A DNA stretch of 64,000 nucleotides from Actinomycetota bacterium (GTDB lineage Bacteria; Actinomycetota; CADDZG01; JAHWKV01): positions 251 to 64,250 of the forward strand of contig JBQTHR010000012.1 of NCBI GenBank assembly GCA_052389675.1, in the 5' to 3' direction. Numbering within the stretch: the stretch's first letter is position 1; each line of letters begins with the position of its first letter. Positions 8,004-17,283 of this stretch are shown here, in pieces. The position numbers and the translations under genes are program-made. The notes under the pieces were generated by a model that saw nothing but the letters and a program-made list of their open reading frames with translations, was not told the origin of the DNA and did no database searches.

Positions 8004-8788
8004 TAGTTGTGGTGCGTGGCTGTGGCGATGTGGGCTCGGCGGTTGCCCACCGGCTGTTCACAGCGGGCTTCCCCGTTGTCTTGCACGACGATCCTCTGCC
8101 GGCCGCCCCCCGCCGGGGTATGGCGTTCGCCGATGCCTTTTTCGACGGTGAGTGCTTACTGGCCGGTCTCATCGCTCGCCGGTTCGACAGGTTGGCTGAG
8201 CTGGAAAAGGCCTTGGCCGACCGCTCGGCCCTTGCCGTGACCTCGGCCGGGTTCTTCGACGTGATAACGCATGCCGCCCCGGCGGTCCTGGTGGATGGCC
8301 GGATGCGCAAGCGCTCGGTGCCCGAAATACAGACCGGGCTGGCTGAGCTTACTGTCGGGCTCGGGCCCAACTTCCGGGCGGGGGAGCACACCCATTGGGT
8401 GGTCGAGACGCAGTGGGGGGATCATTTGGGAGAAATCTTGAAATCCGGGGAGACCCGGCAGCTGGCTGGAGAACCGCGCTCGTTCGACGGACACGCCCGG
8501 GAACGGTTTGTTTACGCTCAGCTGGAGGGGGTGTTTCGCACCACCCGGCGGATCGGTGATCGGGTACAGAAGGCCGAGGTGGTTGCGCAGATTGGCCCCC
8601 AGGCTTTAGCTGCTCCCCTGGCTGGTATTTTGCGGGGCCTGGTGCGCGACGCGGTGCCGGTTAAGCCAGGGGCCAAAGTCGTTGAGGTGGATCCCCGCGG
8701 CGACTCATCATCAGCATTTGGAATCGGCGAGCGTCCGGGAAGGATCGGCGAATCGGTGTGCGCGGCGGTCCTGGAGTGGAGCCTGTGA
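7982..8788 (+). CDS. YqeB/XdhC-like Rossmann protein (putative molybdenum-hydroxylase accessory); start possibly GTG 8009/8012
   Basis: VVVRGCGDVGSAVAHRLFTAGFPVVLHD...RRGMAFADAFFDGE resembles the EF2563/YqeB selenium-dependent molybdenum hydroxylase accessory family. Assigned from memory only. Confidence 0.55.
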   Translation: MTDPALPVVVVRGCGDVGSAVAHRLFTAGFPVVLHDDPLPAAPRRGMAFADAFFDGECLLAGLIARRFDRLAELEKALADRSALAVTSAGFFDVITHAAPAVLVDGRMRKRSVPEIQTGLAELTVGLGPNFRAGEHTHWVVETQWGDHLGEILKSGETRQLAGEPRSFDGHARERFVYAQLEGVFRTTRRIGDRVQKAEVVAQIGPQALAAPLAGILRGLVRDAVPVKPGAKVVEVDPRGDSSSAFGIGERPGRIGESVCAAVLEWSL

Positions 8789-8798
8789 GCTCGGGCCC

Positions 8799-9887
8799 TT
8801 AGGGCAAACGTCGAGCGGTGAATACCAGATGGTCGCCCAAGCCACCCCTGGCGGTAAGGCTTTCGAACCGGCTTCGCTCGGCGATCAGGCCTACCCAATC
8901 CGCGTGGCGGCCCTCCCAACGGGCGATAGCCTCCGCTCTCTTGAGTTCGTTGACCAACCGGGAATGGCCTGCCTTCACCAGCCAATCGCGCTGCCGGGTG
9001 CACTCGCCCGGCGAGAAGCCAGCCCTCCCAGCGGCCCGATCCAGTTCGGAGAAGTTTACGTGGGCCGTGATGTCGGTTTCGCCCGGGTTCAGCAGGGGGT
9101 CGATCCCCAACCGGCCGTCTCGGTAGGTCACCAGCGAGCCTGCCGGCCTTTTCTCCCAGACGTCGGGCTCCAGGTCGCCGTAGTCGACCACCACCAGAAA
9201 CCCCTTCTCCAGGGCTCGAGATGCCGAGCAGGTCCATTGCTCCAGCCCACAGATCCGCTCGAACCGGTCGCCCGGCTCCAGGACCTCCAGGACCATGTCG
9301 GCGGGGGGGTCCCAGGCAACCGGTTCGGTCAGTACTTCGACCAGCCGCCGGCCATCCCATCCGACCCGAACTTCCTCGATCCCTTGCTCCTCTACCTGGA
9401 AGACCCGAACCGGGAAATTGTCGAGCACCTCGTGAGCAAGCACCACTCCCACCACCGGGCTAAGCTCCGCCAGGCCGGGCACCCAGCGGGTGCGGGACTG
9501 CTCGCCGGCCAGTTGGGCCTGCTGGAAGGCTGCGACCGTTGCCAGGGGCTCCACCAGAGTCCAGCGCAGCGCCCCGGCGAACTCTCCAGTTGCGGCTTTA
9601 AGCACTGTTGCGGCAAGGTCGGCGCCGCCGGCACCCACCTCCACAACCTCGAACGACTCCGGGCGGCCGAGTTCCTCCCACATCAGCTGCAGCCGGGCAA
9701 GCACCAACCGGCCGAAGAGAGAAGTGAGCGACGGAGAGGTGCGGTAATCGGCGTCCCGACCGGGTACGTGCGACCGGTAGTAACCATGGGGGTCGCTGTA
9801 CAGAGCCAGGTCCATGAACTCGTCGAAGGGCAAAGGACCGCGCTTGTCGATCATGGAGTGCACAAGGTCGACCAGTGGTGAGGGCAT
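8799..9887 (-). CDS. class I SAM-dependent methyltransferase, MidA/NDUFAF7 (DUF185) family
   Basis: YYRS...GDFxTSP, LFGRLVLARL, VEVGAGGADLA and NFPVRVFQ are characteristic of DUF185/MidA. Confidence 0.75.
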   Translation of the reverse strand: MPSPLVDLVHSMIDKRGPLPFDEFMDLALYSDPHGYYRSHVPGRDADYRTSPSLTSLFGRLVLARLQLMWEELGRPESFEVVEVGAGGADLAATVLKAATGEFAGALRWTLVEPLATVAAFQQAQLAGEQSRTRWVPGLAELSPVVGVVLAHEVLDNFPVRVFQVEEQGIEEVRVGWDGRRLVEVLTEPVAWDPPADMVLEVLEPGDRFERICGLEQWTCSASRALEKGFLVVVDYGDLEPDVWEKRPAGSLVTYRDGRLGIDPLLNPGETDITAHVNFSELDRAAGRAGFSPGECTRQRDWLVKAGHSRLVNELKRAEAIARWEGRHADWVGLIAERSRFESLTARGGLGDHLVFTARRLP

Positions 9888-9903
9888 GGCATGATGACGA
9901 TAT

Positions 9904-11769
9904 ATGAGTGACCCACGGCGTAAAGACGCGGTCGCCTACCTGCTGCCCGACGGCTCCCAGGTGGATCTGTCCCGCCCGCCCGAAGGCGAATCTCATGTGT
10001 TGCTGCAAAAAGACGACCTCGGGCGGCAGATCCTGCGCCACTCGGCCGCCCACGTGCTGGCTCAGGCGGTTCTTTCGCTCTGGCCCGGCGCCAAGTATGC
10101 CGGGGGCCCGCCGATTGAAGACGGCTTCTACTACGACTTCGACATCGGCCGCCCGTTTACCCCGGAGGACCTGGAGATGATCGAAGGCAAGATGGCCGAC
10201 ATCATCCAGCAGGACCAGCCCTACACCCGGCAGGAGATCTCGCTGGCTGAGGCAGCTGAGCTGTTTAAGGAGCAGCCTTTCAAGCTCGAGTGGATCAACG
10301 AGATGGATCCCGAGGCTGGCGAGCAGGGGGTCTCGGGCAACGAGGTGTCCATCTACCGCAACGCCGACCGGTTCGTGGATCTGTGCCGCGGCCCCCACCT
10401 TCCCTCCACCGGCCGGATCCGGGCGTTCAAACTCACCCGCAGTTCCGGCGCCTACTGGCGGGGCGACGAGAAGCGCCAGATGCTCCAGCGCATCTACGGC
10501 ACCGCCTGGGAGACTCCCAAGGCCCTGGAGGAGTATCTGTGGCGGTTGGAGGAAGCCCACAAGCGGGACCATCGCAAGCTCGGTCCGGAGATGGACCTGT
10601 TCCACTTCCCGCCGGAAATCGGCGGTGGCTTGGCAGTGTTCCACCCCCGGGGTGGTCTGATCCGCAAGATCATGGAGGACTACGCCAAGCTCGAGCATGA
10701 GAAGGCCGGCTACGAGTTTGTGGTCACCCCGCACCTGGCGAAAGACACCCTGTTCGAGATCTCGGGCCATTTGGGCTGGTACAAGGACGGCATGTACCCA
10801 CCGATGGAGCTGGAGGGGGCCACCTACTACCCCAAACCCATGAACTGCCCGATGCATATCCTGATCTACAAGTCCCGCACTCGCAGCTACCGGGAGTTGC
10901 CGCTGCGCTTGTTCGAGTTCGGTACCGTCTACCGCTTCGAGCGCTCCGGCGTGCTGCACGGGTTGACCCGGGTCCGGGGATTCACCCAGGACGACGCCCA
11001 CATCTTTTGCACCAAAGATCAGATGGGTGAAGAGCTGGCCCGCCTGCTGGACTTCGTCTTGATGGTCCTGAAAACGTTCGGGCTCACCGAGTTCGAGGCG
11101 GAGTTGGCCACCAGGCCGGAGAAGTTTGTCGGAGACCCGGGCGAGTGGGACGAAGCAACCAAGTTGCTCCATCAAGCTCTGCTCAAGGTGGGCCTGCCCT
11201 ACCGGGTGGCCGAGGGCGAAGGGGCGTTCTACGCGCCCAAGATTGATGTGCATGTTAAGGACGCGCTCAACCGGCGCTGGCAGATATCTACACTGCAGGT
11301 CGACTTCCAGCTTCCCCAACGTTTCGGCATGGAGTACATCGCCGAGGACGGCAGCCGCAGGCAGCCGTCGATGATCCACCGGGCGCTGTTCGGATCGGTG
11401 GAACGGTTCTTCGCGATCTTGCTGGAGCACTACGGGGGCGCCTTCCCGACCTGGCTGGCGCCGGAACAGGCGACGATCATCCCTATAGCCGACCGGCACC
11501 ATGAGTACGCACGGGCCGTGGCTACGTGCCTGAAGCAGGGGGGGATCAGGGCAAGTGTCGACGAGGCCGACCAGACGCTGGGCAACCGGGTGCGCAAGGC
11601 CCAGACCTCGAAGGTTCCCTACATGCTGGTGGTGGGCGACAAGGAGGCCGAGACGCAGACCCTGTCGGTAAAGCCCAGAGGGGGCCAGGAACGGCGTGGC
11701 GTACCGTTGGAGGAGTTTGCTGACCAGATTCGCCGGGAGGCCGAAACCAGGGCAGTCGCACCCGGCTGA
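9904..11769 (+). CDS. thrS: threonine--tRNA ligase
   Basis: HRKLGPEMDLFHF, class II aaRS motifs and a C-terminal anticodon-binding domain; 621 aa. Confidence 0.95.
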   Translation: MSDPRRKDAVAYLLPDGSQVDLSRPPEGESHVLLQKDDLGRQILRHSAAHVLAQAVLSLWPGAKYAGGPPIEDGFYYDFDIGRPFTPEDLEMIEGKMADIIQQDQPYTRQEISLAEAAELFKEQPFKLEWINEMDPEAGEQGVSGNEVSIYRNADRFVDLCRGPHLPSTGRIRAFKLTRSSGAYWRGDEKRQMLQRIYGTAWETPKALEEYLWRLEEAHKRDHRKLGPEMDLFHFPPEIGGGLAVFHPRGGLIRKIMEDYAKLEHEKAGYEFVVTPHLAKDTLFEISGHLGWYKDGMYPPMELEGATYYPKPMNCPMHILIYKSRTRSYRELPLRLFEFGTVYRFERSGVLHGLTRVRGFTQDDAHIFCTKDQMGEELARLLDFVLMVLKTFGLTEFEAELATRPEKFVGDPGEWDEATKLLHQALLKVGLPYRVAEGEGAFYAPKIDVHVKDALNRRWQISTLQVDFQLPQRFGMEYIAEDGSRRQPSMIHRALFGSVERFFAILLEHYGGAFPTWLAPEQATIIPIADRHHEYARAVATCLKQGGIRASVDEADQTLGNRVRKAQTSKVPYMLVVGDKEAETQTLSVKPRGGQERRGVPLEEFADQIRREAETRAVAPG

Positions 11770-11857
11770 GGCACCGAAGTGCAAAGGTGCCTGAAGGGCG
11801 CGCATCCGCCCGGTGCAACCGCCGGCGCGGCGATCGGGCTGGGACGGCTATGATTTG

Positions 11858-11942
11858 CCGGGCAAGCCAGCTGGGATCTGGCCGGGATCTGGCCGGGATC
11901 TGGCCGGGGATCTGGCGGGGATCTGGCCGGGCAAGCCAGCCG
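11858..11942. repeat. tandem repeat (GGGATCTGGCC x5) flanked by direct repeats CCGGGCAAGCCAGC
   Basis: Read directly in the thrS / lipoprotein intergenic region. Confidence 0.75.
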
Positions 11943-11973
11943 GGCGTCTTACCGTAGCGGAGGAGGAGCCGAA

Positions 11974-12891
11974 TTGAAGAAGACTTTTCTTGCCGGGTTA
12001 GCCACCTGCCTGCTGCTCACGGGGTGCCCGAATAATGAGCCGGTCGCCGTCGAATCCCCCGACCCGATCTCGGTGGACAGCTTGACTCCCAGCCCCACCG
12101 CTCCCGCGGTCCCGGTTCAGCTCAGCGGATCGGTCAATAACCAGGGGGTTAAAGACTTCAGTGGAGTCGGAAACAACATCGCAGTCGAGTTCGACATCAA
12201 CGACTTTTTCTTCAGCCCTACCTTCGTAAAGACACTGCCCGGCACCAACGTAACCTTCTCCCTGACCAACAACGGTCAGGCGGAGCACACCTTCACGATA
12301 GGGTCGCTCCAGGTGGACCATCGGGTGGCTCCGGGCGGAACTCTGGAAGCTCAGCTGAAGCTCCCGGACAGCGGGGTGGTTGAGTTCATCTGCACCTTCC
12401 ACGTCCAATCGGGCATGAAGGGTGCGTTCTACTTCCAGGAGGGTGCCAGCGCCGAACCGGCGCCGACCCCCTCGCCCACGCTCACTGCGGATTCACCCGA
12501 CACCGGTACCGGCTCCACCTCCGGCGGCACCCAAGCCCGGAGGGCAGCTACCACAGCCGGGCGAACAACCGCTGCCCCTTCAACAGGTTCCTCGCCAACA
12601 GGGGCGCCGCGCGCAAGTCAGCCGGGCGATCTGATTGTCCCCGACGTAAACGTGGGCGGGCCGCAAGACGGTGCCAGCGCAGCGGGCCAGACTCCCAAAC
12701 CCAGCCCTACCCCATCGGTCCGGCCCCCTGCACCTCGTCCGGGCGCCACCGCGTCGCCCAAGTCCGTAGAGGGCAAGCCCGCCCCTGACGGGGCCTCCGG
12801 CCAGTCGAAAGAACCCGGGACTTCGGGAAAGAAGGGCGACGGAGGTACCCAGGGTACTGACGGAACTACCTCTGTCACACTGATCAACTGA
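11974..12891 (+). CDS. cupredoxin-domain lipoprotein with Pro/Ser/Thr/Gly-rich C-terminal tail
   Basis: TTG start after GGAGGAGGAG. Lipobox LLTGC. Cupredoxin-like core (HTFTIGSLQVDHRV...FICTFHVQSGMKGAFYF, Cys/His/Met ligands). Then a ~150-aa low-complexity tail. Confidence 0.8.
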   Translation: MKKTFLAGLATCLLLTGCPNNEPVAVESPDPISVDSLTPSPTAPAVPVQLSGSVNNQGVKDFSGVGNNIAVEFDINDFFFSPTFVKTLPGTNVTFSLTNNGQAEHTFTIGSLQVDHRVAPGGTLEAQLKLPDSGVVEFICTFHVQSGMKGAFYFQEGASAEPAPTPSPTLTADSPDTGTGSTSGGTQARRAATTAGRTTAAPSTGSSPTGAPRASQPGDLIVPDVNVGGPQDGASAAGQTPKPSPTPSVRPPAPRPGATASPKSVEGKPAPDGASGQSKEPGTSGKKGDGGTQGTDGTTSVTLIN

Positions 12892-12903
12892 GTTCCCACG
12901 GCG

Positions 12904-13263
12904 TCAGCTCAGATTCCTCGACCTGCGTACAATCAGGTCGATCGCGATCCACAGGGTTCTTGAGAACGGGTAGAAGATGATCGGCCCGGCAACGGCTGCC
13001 AAGACCGCGGCCAGGGCAAACGGCCCAACCGGCAAATCCACCGACGGGTTGCCTGCCGAGATGACGATGTATGTACCGATGCACAGCAGCAGGAGTCCTT
13101 CGGCGATCACAATGTTTAAGGCGAACGCCCCGATGTAGAAACCCTCCTCCTGGGAGAACTGGTGAGCGCAGCCGGGACAATGCGACTTTAATTCGAACCA
13201 GCTGCGAAACAGCCCCCGGCTGCCGCAAACCGGGCAGCTTTTAGTCAACCCCCGCCACAGCAT
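12904..13263 (-). CDS. DUF983 family membrane protein (zinc-ribbon CPxCG...CPGC)
   Basis: MLWRGLTKSCPVCGSRGLFRSWFELKSHCPGCAHQFSQEEGFYIGAFALNIVI fits the DUF983 pattern. The upstream ORF extension overlaps the next gene, so the internal ATG at 13263 was chosen. Confidence 0.55.
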   Translation of the reverse strand: MLWRGLTKSCPVCGSRGLFRSWFELKSHCPGCAHQFSQEEGFYIGAFALNIVIAEGLLLLCIGTYIVISAGNPSVDLPVGPFALAAVLAAVAGPIIFYPFSRTLWIAIDLIVRRSRNLS

Positions 13264-13288
13264 CAGCCGAGCGGTCGCCGGCCGGGGC

Positions 13289-15376
13289 TTACTTGCCGTC
13301 CTTGGCCGCCTTCGCGTCGGCGATGATCCGGTCCGCAAGGTGCGGCGGCACCTGCTCGTAATGGGAGAAGCTTGACCGGAAGGTGCCCTGGCCGCCGGTC
13401 ATGGAGCGCAGGTCAATCGCGTAGCGTGCGATCTCTGCCATCGGCGCCTTCGCCTTAACCAGTTGGCGGTTGCTACCCACTGCGTCGGTGCCCTGAATTC
13501 GTCCACGCTTGGAGTTGAGGTCCCCCATGACGTCGCCCAGGAAGGACTCCGGGACCATGACCTCCAGGTCCATCACCGGCTCCAGCAGGGCCACCCCGGC
13601 GTTGGCGATGGCCTCCTTGAATCCGATTGCCCCGGCGATCTGGAAGGCCATGTCGGAAGAGTCGACCGCGTGGAATTTACCGTCCACCAGGGTCACGCGC
13701 ACGTCGACCACCGGGTAGCCGGCCACGGCGCCATCGACCATCGTCTTTTGGATACCCTTTTCCACCGAGGGTACGAATTGGGTGGGGATGGCCCCACCGA
13801 AGATTTTGTTGACGTACTCAAAGCCGGCGCCCCGCTCCAGGGGCTCGATCTCCAGATTGCACACCGCGTACTGCCCGTGGCCCCCGCTTTGCTTGACGTG
13901 GCGGCCGACTGCCTTGCCGGTGCTGGTGACGGTTTCCCGGTAGGGAATGCGCAGCGGGAGTTCTTCAACCTCCACCGAATACTTGCGCCCCAGCCGTTCC
14001 ACTGTGATGTCCAGGTGAGCATCGCCAGTGCCCCAGAGCAGAGTTTGATGGGTTTCGGCGTTGCGCTCGACCAGCAAAGACGGGTCTTCCTCCTGGATGC
14101 GGGAGAGTGCGGTCATGAGCTTGTCGTCGTCCCCCTTGGTTTTAGGAGCGATCGCGATGGCGTAGACCCGGTCTGGGGGCTCCAACCGGGCATAGGCGAT
14201 GGGATGGCTCTTCTCGGCCAGGGTGTCCCCGCTGTGGGTGTGGGCGAGCTTGGCCACCGCGACAATGTCGCCCGCCGGAACCTCGGTGAGCGGTTCTTGG
14301 TGTTTGCCTCGCATCGCGCTCAGGTGGGCCACCCGCTCATCGCTGCCGGTAGAGAAGTTGTGCAGGGTGGTGTCGGGACGGAGCCGGCCCGACATGACCT
14401 TAAACAGGCTGATCCGGCCGACGTAGGGGTCGGAGATGGTCTTGAAAACGAACGCGGAGACGTGCTCGTCGGGTGAGATCCTGCGCTCGAGCTGCTCGTC
14501 GGTGCCCGGCTTGGCGCCCACCGCAGTGCCCCGCTCCACCGGCGAGGGGGCCATCTCCACCAGGTCGTCGCACAGCCGGTCCAGCCCGATCAATTTGGTT
14601 GCCGAACCTACCAGCACCGGGAAGATGTTCCCGTCGCATACCCCTTGGTGCAGGCCTCGGGCGACCTCGGAGTGCGTGAGTTCGTCGCCATTCAGGTAGC
14701 GCTCTAGCAAGTCGTCGTCGCTCTCGGCCACCGACTCCACGATCTTGGTGTGCAGTTCTTTGACCTCGGCGGCCAGGTCGGGCGGCATGTCCTCCTCGCC
14801 CGCCGGCATTCCCGAGGCGTCGTAGCGGATGGCCTTCTCAGTCAGCACCTCCACGATCCCGTGGAACTGCGCCTCCTCTCCCAAAGGCAGGTCTACCGGA
14901 GCAAAGCCCGATCCGAGCCGGTCGGTTAGCTGGGCGATGACGGAATGAAAGTCGGCACGCTCCCGGTCCAGCTTGTTGACGAAGACGAACCGGGGAATTC
15001 CGGCAGCCTTGGCCAGCCGCCACAGCGCCTCGTGCTGGACCTGGACACCGTCGACGGCTGAGATGACCAGCACCGCAGCGTCGGCTACTCTGAGCGCTGC
15101 CTGCGCCTCGCCGATGAAGTCGGCATAGCCGGGGGCATCCAGCAGGTTGATCTTGTGACCCTTCCAATCGAACGGGGCCATGGCCAGCGATACCGAGAGG
15201 CTCTTGCGCACCTCTTCGGGCTCGAAGTCGCAAACCGTGTTGCCCTCGGCGATAGAACCCATCCGGGTGGTGGTCCCGCTTACGAATAAAAGCGCTTCGG
15301 CAAGACTGGTCTTGCCTGAACCTTGGTGTCCCAGCAGAACCACGTTTCGAATCTTCTCGGGAGCATAGGTTTTCAT
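13289..15376 (-). CDS. elongation factor G paralog (EF-G2-like translational GTPase)
   Basis: GHQGSGKTSLAEALL G1 motif, DAPGYADF G3 and NKLD G4; EF-G domain layout, 695 aa. It is not in an rps/tuf context, so likely the EF-G2 paralog. Confidence 0.88.
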   Translation of the reverse strand: MKTYAPEKIRNVVLLGHQGSGKTSLAEALLFVSGTTTRMGSIAEGNTVCDFEPEEVRKSLSVSLAMAPFDWKGHKINLLDAPGYADFIGEAQAALRVADAAVLVISAVDGVQVQHEALWRLAKAAGIPRFVFVNKLDRERADFHSVIAQLTDRLGSGFAPVDLPLGEEAQFHGIVEVLTEKAIRYDASGMPAGEEDMPPDLAAEVKELHTKIVESVAESDDDLLERYLNGDELTHSEVARGLHQGVCDGNIFPVLVGSATKLIGLDRLCDDLVEMAPSPVERGTAVGAKPGTDEQLERRISPDEHVSAFVFKTISDPYVGRISLFKVMSGRLRPDTTLHNFSTGSDERVAHLSAMRGKHQEPLTEVPAGDIVAVAKLAHTHSGDTLAEKSHPIAYARLEPPDRVYAIAIAPKTKGDDDKLMTALSRIQEEDPSLLVERNAETHQTLLWGTGDAHLDITVERLGRKYSVEVEELPLRIPYRETVTSTGKAVGRHVKQSGGHGQYAVCNLEIEPLERGAGFEYVNKIFGGAIPTQFVPSVEKGIQKTMVDGAVAGYPVVDVRVTLVDGKFHAVDSSDMAFQIAGAIGFKEAIANAGVALLEPVMDLEVMVPESFLGDVMGDLNSKRGRIQGTDAVGSNRQLVKAKAPMAEIARYAIDLRSMTGGQGTFRSSFSHYEQVPPHLADRIIADAKAAKDGK

Positions 15377-15511
15377 GAACGCATTCTATATTTCCCCTTA
15401 ACAAACAACTCGATCCGGGGCACTTTTGAAACTGCGCTTTTGAACGGGTACGAGTGGGCGCGAAGCGGGGGAAATCCCTCCACCGAGCAACCAAGGGGGA
15501 GCGGCGAAGCC

Positions 15512-15523
15512 GGGGGGGGGGGG
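15512..15523. repeat. G12 homopolymer in the divergent intergenic region (EF-G2-like / pgsA)
   Basis: Read directly: cggggggggggggct. Confidence 0.8.
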
Positions 15524-15553
15524 CTAAAGCCTCCCGCTGGATATGCTTCAAGC

Positions 15554-16201
15554 ATGCTCGAGAAACTGCTGGGTGCTACGTTCAAGCGCGTCATCTTGCC
15601 TATTGCCGCAGGGCTGGCCCGGATAGGGCTGAGCGCCAACTCACTGACCGTGGCGGGATTCCTGGTGACGCTGGCGTCGGCGTGGGTTATTGCCGCCGGA
15701 CCACATGTAACCGCCGGCATTGTTCTGCTTGCCGGGGCGCTGTTCGACAGTCTCGACGGTGCAGTTGCCCGGGTTTCCGGGACCGGATCCAAACGAGGTG
15801 CCTTTTTGGATTCGACTCTGGACCGGCTTTCCGACGCAGCGATGTTCACCGGAGTCCTCTGGCGCTTCGCCAGCATGAGCGCGACTTGGGTGGTCACTGT
15901 TGGATCGCCGCAGGAACAGGTCCTCTCAGTGCTGCGGGATGACCGGTCCACCTGGGGGATTGGCCTGGCTTTGGGGGCGCTCATCCTCGGTTTCATGGTC
16001 TCCTACGTTCGGGCTCGAGCGGAGGGCCTGGGGTACGAATGCCGTGTAGGCATCGCCGAGCGCCCCGAGCGGGTGATCATTGTGGCGCTGGGGCTGTTGT
16101 CCGATCTGCTGGTGCCGGCTTTGGCGCTGCTTTGCGTCCTGTCGCTGGTAACGCTGGTGCAGCGGTTCGTCCACGTGTGGCACCAGGCCGCCCCGGCGTG
16201 A
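15554..16201 (+). CDS. pgsA: CDP-alcohol phosphatidyltransferase (phosphatidylinositol-phosphate synthase PgsA1-like)
   Basis: DxxDGxxAR...GxxxDxxxD motif (FDSLDGAVARVSG...GAFLDSTLDRLSD), about 215 aa, next to patA and pimA homologues downstream of thrS as in mycobacteria. Confidence 0.85.
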   Translation: MLEKLLGATFKRVILPIAAGLARIGLSANSLTVAGFLVTLASAWVIAAGPHVTAGIVLLAGALFDSLDGAVARVSGTGSKRGAFLDSTLDRLSDAAMFTGVLWRFASMSATWVVTVGSPQEQVLSVLRDDRSTWGIGLALGALILGFMVSYVRARAEGLGYECRVGIAERPERVIIVALGLLSDLLVPALALLCVLSLVTLVQRFVHVWHQAAPA

Positions 16202-17283
16202 GCAGCCCGTTCGCCGATGGCCCCGGGCCGGCTGCGGTTTACTATGCCTACCGGGCCGCTGCCTGGTTGGCCGAGAAGATTCCCCTCGGCTTGGGAGACC
16301 GCTTGGCTAAAGTTGGCGCAGCCTTGGCCTACAAGTACGCTCACGGAAAACGGAGCGTGGTGGAGCGCAATCTTTCTCGGGTGGTGGGCACGGATGGTCT
16401 CGACCAGATCGTCAGGGCTGCCTTTCGTTCCTACGCCGAGTACTGGCTGGAGACCTTCCGGCTCGGCCGTTACTCCAAGGACCAGCTTCTGGCGATGGTC
16501 GACCCGGTCGGCGACTCCCTTGAGGTGTTCGAAGCTGCGCTCGGAGAAGGCCAGGGGATCCTGGTGATTACTCCGCATCTGGGTTTTTACGATTTGGGGG
16601 TGGCATGGGTTGGGGCGAAGGGATGGCGCTTCACCACCGTCGCCGAGGTCCTGCGTCCTAAAGCCCTGTTCGATTGGTTTGCCCGGATCCGGGAGCGGCA
16701 CGGCTTGAATGTCCTGCCCGCGCGTAACGGCCGATCGGTGCGGGAGCGCTTGGGCGAGGTGCTCGACGACGGCGGCGCGGTAGCCTTGGTGTCCGACCGG
16801 GATCTGGGTCGGCGAGGGATCTGGGTCGAGTTCTTCGGCGAGCGTACGACATTCCCGGCCTCGCCAACTTTGCTCCTGGTGCAAAAGAAGGTACCGCTGA
16901 TAGCTGCGGCGATCACCCGTCACGGCGAACGCTATCGCATCTCGTTCGAGCGGGTGCCGTACGAGTTGACCGGGAAGCATGCTGTCGACGTAGCCTCGGT
17001 TGCCCAGGTCACCGCCCTCGCCCTGGAGAAGTTGGTACGCACGGCTCCGGAGCAATGGCACCTGTTCAGTACGAACTGGCCGTCCGACGAGCCGCATCTG
17101 CGGCCAAGGGGCCGGGAAGGTACGGCCGGGCCCGCACCCGCCGAGTTGGCCCCGCCCCTCGAGCAGGCCCCCGCCGAGTCAGCCACACCCCCAGAGCTGG
17201 CCCCGCCCCTCGAGCAGGCCCCCGCCGAGTCAGCCACACCCCCAGAGCTGGCACCGCCCGGCGATGGCAATGCTGAGGGATGA
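16198..17283 (+). CDS. patA: lysophospholipid/lipid A-type acyltransferase (PatA-like PIM acyltransferase) with repeated C-terminal tail
   Basis: GTG start overlaps the pgsA stop (GTGA). HtrB/LPLAT family features (ITPHLGFYDLG, LVSDRDLGRRG). C-terminal ELAPPLEQAPAESATPP x2.4. Confidence 0.8.
   Translation: MSSPFADGPGPAAVYYAYRAAAWLAEKIPLGLGDRLAKVGAALAYKYAHGKRSVVERNLSRVVGTDGLDQIVRAAFRSYAEYWLETFRLGRYSKDQLLAMVDPVGDSLEVFEAALGEGQGILVITPHLGFYDLGVAWVGAKGWRFTTVAEVLRPKALFDWFARIRERHGLNVLPARNGRSVRERLGEVLDDGGAVALVSDRDLGRRGIWVEFFGERTTFPASPTLLLVQKKVPLIAAAITRHGERYRISFERVPYELTGKHAVDVASVAQVTALALEKLVRTAPEQWHLFSTNWPSDEPHLRPRGREGTAGPAPAELAPPLEQAPAESATPPELAPPLEQAPAESATPPELAPPGDGNAEG
17144..17266. repeat. 51-bp tandem duplication (2.4 copies, 1 mismatch) inside the patA 3' end
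   Basis: gag(t/c)tggccccgcccctcgagcaggcccccgccgagtcagccacaccccca, repeated. Confidence 0.8.

Noticed and set aside
8518-9881. Long ORFs 8518..9360 (-) and 8682..9881 (+)
   Set aside because: They overlap the well-supported YqeB-like and MidA-like genes and their translations are Arg/Pro/Gly-rich nonsense.
9598-11805. 735-aa ORF on the minus strand
   Set aside because: It is entirely antisense to thrS. Its translation is low-complexity (Arg/Gly/Pro/Leu-rich) with no family resemblance. This is a typical high-GC antisense artefact.
11770-11860. Possible intrinsic terminator after thrS (ggcacc-N10-ggtgcc)
   Set aside because: The stem is only 6 bp, the loop is long and there is no U-tract, so it is not convincing.
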